NCBI GenBank assembly: GCA_964016885.1
Contig: CAXHJY010000276.1
Location: 1-64,000, forward strand
Direction of reading: 5' to 3'
Source of the DNA: Eledone cirrhosa
Lineage: Eukaryota
DNA length: 64,000 bases
Part shown: positions 48,588 to 61,143 of the stretch, one piece after another
How positions within the stretch are numbered: the stretch's first letter is position 1
How the letters are laid out: every line of letters starts with the position of its first letter
Translations under genes and position numbers: made by a program
The notes under the pieces: generated by a model
What the model was told of the DNA's origin: nothing
Seen by the model: only the letters and a program-made list of their open reading frames with translations
Database searches by the model: none

Positions 48588-51208
48588 CGTAGACTTACTT
48601 CCCTTGCTTTTATCGAGAATCTAATTGTAATACGTGACGTATTCTATTCTATAGCGATTAGGTCTTCAAAATGTTTATTATAAACATACAGAATATTTTC
48701 GAATATTCTGTGTCTATATTCACATATATATCGCTATTTCAGAGCATTCATTCCAATTTCTAATTTCTGCCGGACCGGCAACCGCTCTTTCAAACCAGTT
48801 CCTGTACACAGCTAAGTATTCTATAAGTCTCTAGCTGTGTCATTCTCGATGAAAGCACTGGATATGTAGTCCTGATGAATTCTAACAAGAATGAAACGCG
48901 TAGACTTACTTCCCTTGCTTTTATCGAGAATCTAATTGTAATACGTGACGTATTCTATTCTATAGCGATTAGGTCTTCAAAATGTTTATTATAAACATAC
49001 AGAATATTTTCGAATATTCTGTGTCTATATTCACATATATATCGCTATTTCAGAGCATTCATTCCAATTTCTAATTTCTGCCGGACCGGCAACCGCTCTT
49101 TCAAACCAGTTCCTGTACACAGCTAAGTATTCTATAAGTCTCTAGCTGTGTCATTCTCGATGAAAGCACTGGATATGTAGTCCTGATGAATTCTAACAAG
49201 AATGAAACGCGTAGACTTACTTCCCTTGCTTTTATCGAGAATCTAATTGTAATACGTGACGTATTCTATTCTATAGCGATTAGGTCTTCAAAATGTTTAT
49301 TATAAACATACAGAATATTTTCGAATATTCTGTGTCTATATTCACATATATATCGCTATTTCAGAGCATTCATTCCAATTTCTAATTTCTGCCGGACCGG
49401 CAACCGCTCTTTCAAACCAGTTCCTGTACACAGCTAAGTATTCTATAAGTCTCTAGCTGTGTCATTCTCGATGAAAGCACTGGATATGTAGTCCTGATGA
49501 ATTCTAACAAGAATGAAACGCGTAGACTTACTTCCCTTGCTTTTATCGAGAATCTAATTGTAATACGTGACGTATTCTATTCTATAGCGATTAGGTCTTC
49601 AAAATGTTTATTATAAACATACAGAATATTTTCGAATATTCTGTGTCTATATTCACATATATATCGCTATTTCAGAGCATTCATTCCAATTTCTAATTTC
49701 TGCCGGACCGGCAACCGCTCTTTCAAACCAGTTCCTGTACACAGCTAAGTATTCTATAAGTCTCTAGCTGTGTCATTCTCGATGAAAGCACTGGATATGT
49801 AGTCCTGATGAATTCTAACAAGAATGAAACGCGTAGACTTACTTCCCTTGCTTTTATCGAGAATCTAATTGTAATACGTGACGTATTCTATTCTATAGCG
49901 ATTAGGTCTTCAAAATGTTTATTATAAACATACAGAATATTTTCGAATATTCTGTGTCTATATTCACATATATATCGCTATTTCAGAGCATTCATTCCAA
50001 TTTCTAATTTCTGCCGGACCGGCAACCGCTCTTTCAAACCAGTTCCTGTACACAGCTAAGTATTCTATAAGTCTCTAGCTGTGTCATTCTCGATGAAAGC
50101 ACTGGATATGTAGTCCTGATGAATTCTAACAAGAATGAAACGCGTAGACTTACTTCCCTTGCTTTTATCGAGAATCTAATTGTAATACGTGACGTATTCT
50201 ATTCTATAGCGATTAGGTCTTCAAAATGTTTATTATAAACATACAGAATATTTTCGAATATTCTGTGTCTATATTCACATATATATCGCTATTTCAGAGC
50301 ATTCATTCCAATTTCTAATTTCTGCCGGACCGGCAACCGCTCTTTCAAACCAGTTCCTGTACACAGCTAAGTATTCTATAAGTCTCTAGCTGTGTCATTC
50401 TCGATGAAAGCACTGGATATGTAGTCCTGATGAATTCTAACAAGAATGAAACGCGTAGACTTACTTCCCTTGCTTTTATCGAGAATCTAATTGTAATACG
50501 TGACGTATTCTATTCTATAGCGATTAGGTCTTCAAAATGTTTATTATAAACATACAGAATATTTTCGAATATTCTGTGTCTATATTCACATATATATCGC
50601 TATTTCAGAGCATTCATTCCAATTTCTAATTTCTGCCGGACCGGCAACCGCTCTTTCAAACCAGTTCCTGTACACAGCTAAGTATTCTATAAGTCTCTAG
50701 CTGTGTCATTCTCGATGAAAGCACTGGATATGTAGTCCTGATGAATTCTAACAAGAATGAAACGCGTAGACTTACTTCCCTTGCTTTTATCGAGAATCTA
50801 ATTGTAATACGTGACGTATTCTATTCTATAGCGATTAGGTCTTCAAAATGTTTATTATAAACATACAGAATATTTTCGAATATTCTGTGTCTATATTCAC
50901 ATATATATCGCTATTTCAGAGCATTCATTCCAATTTCTAATTTCTGCCGGACCGGCAACCGCTCTTTCAAACCAGTTCCTGTACACAGCTAAGTATTCTA
51001 TAAGTCTCTAGCTGTGTCATTCTCGATGAAAGCACTGGATATGTAGTCCTGATGAATTCTAACAAGAATGAAACGCGTAGACTTACTTCCCTTGCTTTTA
51101 TCGAGAATCTAATTGTAATACGTGACGTATTCTATTCTATAGCGATTAGGTCTTCAAAATGTTTATTATAAACATACAGAATATTTTCGAATATTCTGTG
51201 TCTATATT
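48587..51208 (+). mobile_element. Retrozyme-like tandem array, right block: 8 full units plus 134 bp, inverted, hammerheads on plus strand
   Basis: gcgtagacttac recurs every 311 bp (48587, 48898 ... 51075). This is the exact reverse complement of the left-block unit. Confidence 0.9.
48866..48909 (+). ncRNA. Minimal type I hammerhead ribozyme (representative of 21 intact copies)
   Basis: gtagtc-CTGATGA-attct-aaca-agaat-GAAA-cgcg-TA^gacttac, with predicted cleavage after 48902. Stem I extends through ttctcgatgaaagca / tgcttttatcgagaa. Confidence 0.9.
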
Positions 51209-51974
51209 TATATATATATATATATGTATATAATATAAATATATTTATATATATATATATATAATTGTTTAAAAAAGTCCACATGGCTAAGTGTTTAGAA
51301 TATGAGTTCAAAATAGAGGTGACACAAGACAAAGACACTGGAAAAAACAGCGGAAGGACAGACAGTCATAAATAAATAGGTAGATAGATATGTTTCTTTA
51401 TTAGCCACAGGGGCACAAAAGAAGGGGACAAATACAAAGGGGGAAGTTTACATACAATGAAAACGTGTAAAATATTATCAGAAATGTAATTTAAAAGTTA
51501 ATCGATTTTCCCCAATAGAGTGAAACATTTCATATGGGTAACACATACCCCCGAAAAAAATGTGCAACCCTCATCTCCAGGAGTACGAAGAGTTTCCTCT
51601 CTTCCTCCTTTTCCCAAACCTACAGACTGATATAGAGAGAAGGCCCATTCACTCGGGCCATTCTCGCCACTTTCACCCACCGTTCATAAAACTTGCTGGG
51701 GTACAGCACCTCTCTCTCCATCCTGATCCTTCTTCCAAAGTGGTATTTGAAAAAAAGAATCAATTGTTGGCCGGAGAGAAAGGTGTGTAGGCAGAGAAAT
51801 AAATATAGGTAGATAGATAGGCAGAGAAATAAGTAGGTAGATAGATAGATATACAGATACATACATGCATACATACATACATACATACATACATACACAC
51901 ACACATACACACACATACATACATACATACATACATACATACATACATACACACATACATAATACATACATACA

Positions 51975-52006
<32 letters not shown>

Positions 52007-52328
52007 CACATACATATATACATTAGGGCTGAATAGATGTGGAAACATTCACATTTAGATACTCATACATACTCAAGTAGAAGTCATCGAATTCAATCCG
52101 CTCGCAACAATAAAGTGACTTTTTATGTCATGTCTGCACTAATATCTCAGGAATGAAGGTTAATAAATATAATGGTTTTTAGAAATAAGTTTTGTCTGGA
52201 AAGGAGGATTAAAATACGTGCGGGACATGCAATCACGCTCACCGAACTCTCTAGCAGCCTGTCTATGGCCTGCCTGTTTGTCTGTCTGTCTGTCTGTCTA
52301 TCTGTCTATCTGTCTGTCTGCCTGCTTT

Positions 52329-52407
<79 letters not shown>

Positions 52408-52418
52408 GTCTGCCTGCC

Positions 52419-52479
<61 letters not shown>

Positions 52480-53153
52480 GCCTGCCTGCCCGTCTATTTG
52501 CCTGTCTCACTCTCAGTTTGTTTATCTATTCTAATAATTGTTTTTGATTTAGGCACAAGGCCAACAATTTTGGAGGTGAGGGGAAAGTCCATTAAATTGA
52601 CCCCAGTGCGTTACTGGTAAATAATGACCTCTAATCTCTCTTATTTTCATTACCCTCTATATTTTTGCTTGTCTGTCTGTCTGCTTCTTTCTATAGATGC
52701 ATAAATAGAAGTTCAAACAGACAGTTACACAAAGTGTATTCACACACACACACACACATATTCTTAAAGCACTAAAACAACGTATCTCTAGTGGTCGACT
52801 GATGAGAGGGACTGTCCTGTGTTTTGTCCGATGTCTTCGCCCACCCTTTTTATTAATTTTCTCTCTCTTCGGTAGTTAATAAATAATGTGCCAGTCCAAT
52901 AAATGGGTCGATTCTTTCCCTTTTGATGAAATCGGTTGTGTTCAGCCCTGGAGAAGGGATGAGCTTCGCTGAGTTAGAAACCCATCAGACACCGCATTTT
53001 ATGACTGTCGCTACTCTGATCTGCTGAGGGCTAGATTATATAAATGAGAGAGGCAGAGAGGGCGTGAGAGAGTGGACACAGAGAGTGAAGATAGAAAAGG
53101 GAATTGAGAGGGAGATAGAGAGGAAAAGAGGAGTTAGAGGAGATGAGGAGAGA

Positions 53154-53218
<65 letters not shown>

Positions 53219-53295
53219 AATGTGTTTGCATGTGTTCATATCTATGTGTGTGCGCATGTATGTGTATATGTATTTGTAAGAATTTAATACGTTAC

Positions 53296-53665
53296 CGTTT
53301 CCACCAGTCTTTTGCTCTGGTGTACATTTTGAAATCATGGAAGTACTGTCGTTGCTGTGTTCAAGGGAGATAATTTCGTTGTTTTCTATTTGGTGTGAGG
53401 AACTTTTCTCTGGCGACGAAATTCTCGCTGGTCTCGGTCCACCGATGGCAGCCTCACTCGTACAGCCGTGATGTTGGAGAATTTGTGACACATGAACAGA
53501 CTGTTGAGTTGTCTGATGGTTCAAAGATTTATCATTTATACTATTATCATCTTCACACGGACTCGGCTGCTCTTCTATTGAGTTCACGTCGCTGCTTAAC
53601 CGTTCCTTCTGTTTCAAGGCTTTTTGCTTCTTTCTGAATTTAGCCCGTCTGTTTTTAAACCACAC
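53296..53665 (-). CDS. DMBX1: Dmbx-type homeobox gene, exon with homeodomain helix-3 end
   Basis: Acceptor tgcag then VWFKNRRAKFRKKQ (K50). The donor G|gtaacg at 53296/53295 gives 370 nt, phase 1, matching the next exon. Confidence 0.9.
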
Positions 53666-53869
53666 CTGCAACATAATATACAATGATGATGATGATAATG
53701 ATAATGATAATAATGATAGCAACAACAACAACTTATATTTATAAGTACGGTGTATACTTTTGCGTATGTATGTACAAATTTGATTAAAATAGAGTCATAG
53801 TGTAGAAGTGTCATAACCCTTGTTAACGTAAAGTTCCAGTATGGAACTTGGTTTACGGTGGAAACTTCA

Positions 53870-55143
53870 CGAAAATGAAGGAGATAATAATAAGTACTTA
53901 GTAATTCAGAAAGATTTGGAAAATTCTTAAGAGCAAACTAAATGAAAGAAACATGATTATAGCAATTAATGCAACAGATATTTCAGTGATAATCTATGGA
54001 GCTGATGCTATAGATTGGACCAAAATGGAGCTCTAAGCAATGGATAGGAAAACCATAAAATTGTTGACCATGCATGGCGCCAATCACCCAAGAGGAGACG
54101 TGAACTGGTTGTACATGAAGAGAAGAGATGGATGTCGAGGACTTATTGGTGTCGAAGACTGTGTGAGCATTGAAAAGAAAAGTCTGATTAATTACATAGA
54201 ACGAAGCAAGGAATGCCTAATCAACCCAATAAAAAATGAACTGGTATTAAAAAAAAGAATGAGGGAAAGAAATTAAGAAGAGGGGTAAAACATGCCTAGA
54301 GATTTAAGGGAACAGAAAGCATTACATGGACAATTTGAACAAAGAGCCAAAGAACTGAGAGGCAAACATACATGGAATTCCCTTAGAAAAAGAAATCTAA
54401 AGAAAGAAACGAAAAGCACTATTATAGCTGCTCAAGAGCAAGCTATCAAAACCCCTCACCTTAGGAACTGTATGCACAAGGAAGACATGTCCACAATGTG
54501 CCGGGTGTGTGGGATGTTTGGGGGAAAGTGTCAAACATTGTTACCGAGTGCCCTAATTTGGTGCAATACAAGAAACAGAGACACGTTAAAATGGCCAAGA
54601 TTATACACTGACAACTCTGCCAGATGTGAGGATATAAGTGTGAAGATAAGTGGTACAACCATAAGTCAGTAATTGAATTAGAAGATTGTAAAATGTTATG
54701 GGACTTCATAGTACAAACAGAAAAGTTATTAGAACAAAAGCCAGACATAACTGTGGTGGACAAAAGATAGAAATGTGGATATGTAATAGACCCGTCATGT
54801 CATTTTGACTTAAGGGTGAAGAAAAAAAAAGGAGAACAATTACAATCCATTAAAGTAAGAGATTGCACGTTTGTGGAAATTGAAGAAGTTAAAGTCATAC
54901 TAGTAGTGGTAGGTGTTTTGAGAACAGCAACCAATAAATTTGATAAAGGAATTAGAAATTAAGTTCTCTATAGCATTACTTCAGAAAACTTGCCTTTTGG
55001 GAACAACGCCAATCACTGGGAAAGTTATGGACAGATGATAGAGACAAATATAGTGATACCTAAGACCACTGGTTATGGTCCACTATCGCACACTATTTTC
55101 AACATCATATCTGAGAAAACAATCCTATAATAATAATAATAAT
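53870..55143 (+). mobile_element. Degraded R4/Dong-like (REL endonuclease) non-LTR retrotransposon, 3' part
   Basis: Frames give MDRKTIKLLTMHGANHPRGDVNWLYMKRRDGCRGL, LHGQF, IIAAQEQAIKT, CRVCG and LWDFIVQT...KPDITVVDK, followed by a (TAA)n tail at ~55128-55143. Confidence 0.85.
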
Positions 55144-55289
55144 TTCTACTATTGACACAAGGTCAGCAATTTTGGGGAAGGGGATTTGATTAAATCGATT
55201 CCACTGCGTACTGGTACTTTATTTTGTCGACTCCGGAATGGTTGAAAGGCATAATTGGCCTCAGTGGCATTTGAACACGGAACGCAAAC

Positions 55290-55368
<79 letters not shown>

Positions 55369-55901
55369 ACGCACACGCACACACACACATATACATATAT
55401 AACATATCAAAATGAGAAAACTCATCGCTAGAACAGCCGTTAAAACAGCTAAATGTTGTCAAAGACAGCGATGGACAAAAATGCCTCAGAGGGCAGAGGT
55501 CAACAGAGAGACAATCTAATCAGATGAAATATAGAAAAGATTGAAAGAGGAGGAGAACATGGAAAAGTATGTTGGTGCACAGAGATATATATATGCAAGC
55601 GTCCGTATGTGCACACTTGTGTGTGTGTGTTTGTCCGTCTGTCTGTGCTGTTTGTGTATATTGATGTAGATACTTTGCTGCATTTAGGTCAGTAAAAGGG
55701 AGGTATAGAAAGTTATCAAAAAATGAGTTCAGGACTAAGTACTGTGGGCGACATAACTGACGAAGAAACTCCAGCATGGCCGCAGTTCAATAACAGAAAC
55801 CAATAAAACCATTAAAAAATACAGTAATACTAATTCTCTAAAAATACAAGAACAACAATTAATTATTGATTTTTAATTGTTGGATTTATAAAAAAACGAA
55901 C

Positions 55902-56077
55902 CTGAATGCGAGCTTCTGGCAAGCTTGTCATCATTGCAAGGCGTTCTCGCATCACAACATCCGGGTAGTGTGTCTTAGCAAAGGTCTTTTCCAGTGCCGC
56001 TAGCTGCTGATTAGTGAACGCAGTACGACTGCGCCGTTGTTTTCTATGTGACCCGTACCGAGCCTCTAGGATGATAT
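55902..56077 (-). CDS. DMBX1: Dmbx-type homeobox gene, exon with homeodomain residues 1-46
   Basis: Encodes (D)[58 protein letters not shown]. The DIILEARYG peptide is characteristic of Dmbx, and the intron between codons 46 and 47 is typical of PRD-class genes. Acceptor at 56078, donor at 55901. Confidence 0.95.
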
Positions 56078-56779
56078 CTATAAGCAACAAAAAAAAAAGA
56101 AGAAAAAGATGATGATAAAGTAAGGATACATATCAAGAGGTGTACTAAGCAGCCGAGGTATATGATAAAATTATACCTATATTCATACCGTAGAGGTAAT
56201 CGTGACTGCGTAAATTTATATATAAATTTACACATATTTAGTATGTAAACTTGTAAACATGCCGAATACATGTCTTTCCCTATTTTCAGGGAAATACTAT
56301 ATTTTGAGGTTTTACATTTTTGCACACTAAAAATGAAGAAATGTATATAGATAGATACGCTGTCTCTGTTACCGCTATAATGTGCATATATAGATATAAT
56401 TTTATGACAGAATGAATATATTTTTCTACCTATATGCAGAAACTAAAATAAGTAAACTTAAAAGTCTGAAGCACTTTTTCAATCCAAGTGGTTTATAAAA
56501 CTTATATAATAATTATAAAAGTAATTTGCATATATTAACATATTGATCTTCAATCCCATAAGTAGGGCAATTGTGATTGGTCAATTGTTTTATCGAGTCA
56601 TGGTACGAAGTTGAGGACTAGTTGAACAATTCAAGACGATGAAATTTGCAAACAAAGAAATTATAGGAATTTTTCTTTTTTTTAGATTAAAGAAACCTTT
56701 AGCGATGGAGGCAATTAGTTTTGAGATGAATATAATATTGTAAAAAGGATCGTGTATAAATCAAGTTGCACGAAATTGC

Positions 56780-56810
<31 letters not shown>

Positions 56811-58163
56811 TGTATGTATGTATGTATGTATGTATGTATGTATGTATGTATGTATGTATGTATGTATTATACACACGCTCGCACTCTCTCTCTTTCACAC
56901 ACACAGTCACACACACACACACATATATATATATATAGGTGTATATATAAAATTTTGTTCATCAGACAAATGAATAAAAGAGAAGTGAAAAGAAGAGAAA
57001 GAAAGAGAAAAAGAAAGAACAAAAGAAAGAAAGAAACATCTATGCAACAACTCAAATACAAAACCAGAGAGACAGCTTGACCTATAACCAAAATATCAAA
57101 ATAAAATAAAATCTCCAATGAAAAATATTTAACGATGAGAAATTAAACAATGGACGACGAAAAAATGAAGAATTTTAAAAAGAGGGAGATAATCCATTTT
57201 ATTAACAACAAGACATCAGCTCTTTCATGTTAGACATTTTTACAGTCATCATTTATCTATATATAAATTGTTTGCGATTTATTTTACATCTATTATTTAT
57301 TTGATATTCATCCGTTATTGATTTTTAAGTCATTACAGTAATTATAATTTTATCGTCTGTAAATTTTAAACACGCTTACCTGTTCATTGTTGTTGTTGTT
57401 ATTGTTCTGGATGTCTGGAATTTATTTATTTATTTATTTATTTACTTATTTATCCATTTATTTTGTCTATATTTAAATCGAGTCTTTCCATAAGTTTTAA
57501 ATAAGATATTTATATATTTTGGTCGATTTTTCTGTTTTTCTTTTGCGATTTATTTTTATTTTTTTGTTGTTGTTGTTCTTGTGTGAAAACTTAATCCTGT
57601 TTTCGTTGCAATGACAGCAAGAAGCAGCAGCAACAACAACAACTACACATCTTCCTCCACCCTCCTCCCCTCCTCTTCCTCCTCCACATCATCGTCACCA
57701 TTGTCATCATCATCATGACCACGATCACCGATGTTGTCAATGCTATCTTTGCTGTCGAAGCTGAAGTCTGCTTCACTGTACTACAGCCGCCTTTGTCGTC
57801 GGCGCCACCGGGCCCTTCCCGTCCTCCTCCTCCTCCTCCTCCCCTCCTCCTCATCGTCGTCATCGTCATTCTATTCATCCATTTCCGCCGCCGCCACCAC
57901 CACAACCGACATCACCCTACCCCTCCTCACCATTATCATCACTATCATCGTCACCAATGTCATTTTACTTCTCGTAGATGACATTAAATGGATGTCAGAG
58001 AAAGTTTCTTCTGAGCAGGACACACATCTATCGCAAGCAACGTTTCTGTGTGAGAGGAGCCAGAAAACCTTTTTCTCTTTTGAGGAAAGCCGGATTGGAA
58101 ATGTTATGTCTTGCAGGCCAAGTTGAAGGAAAAAATGAGAGGATGATTATACGAATGAAATGA

Positions 58164-58200
<37 letters not shown>

Positions 58201-59526
58201 TTGAAGGGTCCCCGTCGGTTTCGACGATGCGTGTTCCAGCTATTCGATTAACGGAACAATCAGCTCGTGAAATTAATATGTAAGAGGCTGAGCTTTTCAC
58301 GGGCACGTGTACCAGCGTGACACATGTGATACGGCTGACCCTTTAGATTACATGTACAATACATTCGACAGGTTTCCAAACAGTTTCCGTTTATCCCAAT
58401 TCATTCATAAAGCATGGGCCGACCGGAGGCTGTAGTAAATGACATTTACCCAAGATGCCATGTAATGGGATGGACACGGACCTAATGATTGCAAAGCAAA
58501 CTTCTTAACCATTCGGCCATGCTCTTTCCACATGATCATACATAGTTATGGAAACAGTTTCTTCTTCTTCTTCTTCTTCTTCTTCTTCTTCTTCTTCTTC
58601 TTCTTCTTCTTCTTCTTCTTCTTCCAACGAGTCCTGTCAGAAGCAACCGTCTCCAACTGATCCGGCTGGATCCCCAAGCGTGGCCAACCAGCTTGCTGGG
58701 GTTTACCCCTGGGTCTCCTACCTGTTGGTTCCGCCCGTAAAATCTGTCCAGTGATTCCTTCAACTACTTTAATGTTTTTCATTATGTGGGTTTAACGTAG
58801 AATAAAATACATGATTTTCACCAGTGATATAACAAAGAACTGAATGGGTGTATAATAATATTGTTTAGGGTAGAAGATTGGCAGAATGTGTAGAGCATCG
58901 GATAAAAAGCCATTGCAGTATGTATTTCTGCTCATTACATTCTGAGCTCAAATCCCACCAACGTCAACTTTGTCTTTCATCCTTTCGGGGTGGATAAAAC
59001 AAAGTTCCAGTCAAATACTGATACTGATAATCAACCTTGCCGTTACCTCAAATTTACTGGCATTGTGTTATTGTAGTCCTGATTCGTGGCATACATACAT
59101 ACATACATACATACATACATACATACATACATACATACATACATACATACATACATACATACGCTCACACACACAGACACACACGCGCAGAGAGAGACAC
59201 ACACATACACACACACACATATATATATTAAAAGAACAGCTCAAGGTTTAGACAGTTTACGTCTACAAGTCATAATCCAGCCATCAATGGACGTCCTGAA
59301 CAGGTCACATAATGAAACATTCTTATTAGTCTATGCCCCACCTATACATCGCATGATCTCTGTGTTTGTGTTTATACATGTCTTAATGTATCATATAATA
59401 AACTACATATTGTTTGTCATCTCTTACGCCATCTACCTATATATAACATTTTATAGTTATTATTCAATAGAACGGCATACTTGTGTTGCGATAGAAAAAA
59501 TAGAAACCTAATTATTTCATATACAC

Positions 59527-59852
59527 CAGTGGTTCCCAACCTTTTGTGCACCATGCACTACCTGAACATCTTAAAAGTTGTTACGCCCCCCTTTAATGAA
59601 AATAGCGATGATCAACTGCAAAGTGCAAATAAATTGACATTTAGGTGGTGCCAGATGCACAATAACATGTGTGGGAGAGGTGAGACAGAAGTTTCCAACA
59701 ATAATGTATACCAAAGTTGCTTTGGTGTAAAAGTAATAAAGTAAAACATGACGTTTGTTCTCATTAACATCGTTTTCAAATGCACCCCCCTCTTAAATAT
59801 TCAAATTGCAACACTCTCCTGTGGGGCGGGCACCTCACATTGGGGCACACTA
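59527..59852. mobile_element. hAT (Charlie-like) MITE with 8-bp TSD
   Basis: Starts cagtggttcccaacctt, ends ttggggcacacta, and is flanked by atatacac at 59519-59526 and 59853-59860. Confidence 0.8.
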
Positions 59853-61022
59853 ATATACACTTATGCTGGTTAGGGTGTTCGACTCACGATTATAAGGTCG
59901 TGATTTCGATTCACGGTGGTGCGTTGTGTTCTTGAGCATGACACTATTTTACGTTGCTCCAATCTACTCCAATCTATTTGGTATGGTTTTGTAACTCCTG
60001 GTGGAGGCGTAGGGGCGCCGTACTGGTATACGATGTTTCTTTGGCAATTTAAGCCTGGGGTAGGCCATCTTCTCTCCAGGTCTGAATACAGCCAATTTCT
60101 TCCAGAGAAGGATAGAAAGGGAAAGAGAGGAAGTGAGAAAGATATAAGGAGGAAAAATCGACCCCAGTACTAGACTGGTACTTTTTTTTTTATCAACCTT
60201 GAAAGGATGAAAAGCAAAGTTGACCTTGCCGGTATTTGAACTCAGAGAGAAGAAAGTCGGAACGAATATCATTAAGCATTCTGTCAGACGTTCTAACAAC
60301 TCTGCCAATTTGTCGCCTCCAATCAATTTATAATTATTTTAACTGGTTATGTTACTGATATCTTATACAGTATCCATGTTTGAGATATCTTAAATTAAAA
60401 AAAAATATCTTGACAATTCGCTATAATCTTTATAGTTCACATCAGTTTGTGGTTGTTTGGATGATATACACGCCTTCTGATGACAACCCAATTATGTCCG
60501 AAATTCAATTGACGGTGTTGATAATTTTTTCACTATACAGGGAAATTCGTAATGGCGATGGATTGGCAGTATCGGTAGAGCATCGGACAAAATGCTTTGC
60601 GGCGTATAGTTACGTCCCTTTACGTTCTGATTTCAAATTCAGCTTTATCTTTTATGCTTACGGGGTCGATAAAATAAAATACTAGTATTGCACTAGGGTC
60701 GATTTAATCAACATTCCCTACCCCCAAATTGTTGGCCTTATGCCTAAATCCCAAACCGTAGTTTACATTAATTAATTAATTATTAAAATATGTCAATAAT
60801 TTAAATTGTGGTTAGATCGAGGTGAGATGTCGAATCGATAGAGTTGTTAGAACGTCGGATAGAATACTTTGTGATATTCGTTCCAGCTCTCTGCTCTCTG
60901 AGTTGAAATCCTGCTGATATCAACTTTTCCTTTTATCCTTTCGAAGTCGATAAATAAAGTACCAGTCTTGTACTGGTGTCGATTCTTCTTCTATATTCCT
61001 TTCTAACATCCTCTTCGTCGAG

Positions 61023-61143
<121 letters not shown>

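Noticed and set aside
44501-51208. CRISPR array or rRNA/5S/snRNA tandem cluster
   Set aside because: Units are fully identical with no unique spacers, there are no cas genes, the context is eukaryotic, and I see no recognisable rRNA or snRNA motifs.
52799-52835. CTGATGA as another hammerhead core
   Set aside because: No downstream GAAA, stem III or stem I partner.
57591-58126. Overlapping low-complexity ORFs upstream of the homeobox exon
   Set aside because: Built from CCT/CAT/CAC repeats, with no Dmbx N-terminal motif or supported splice phase.
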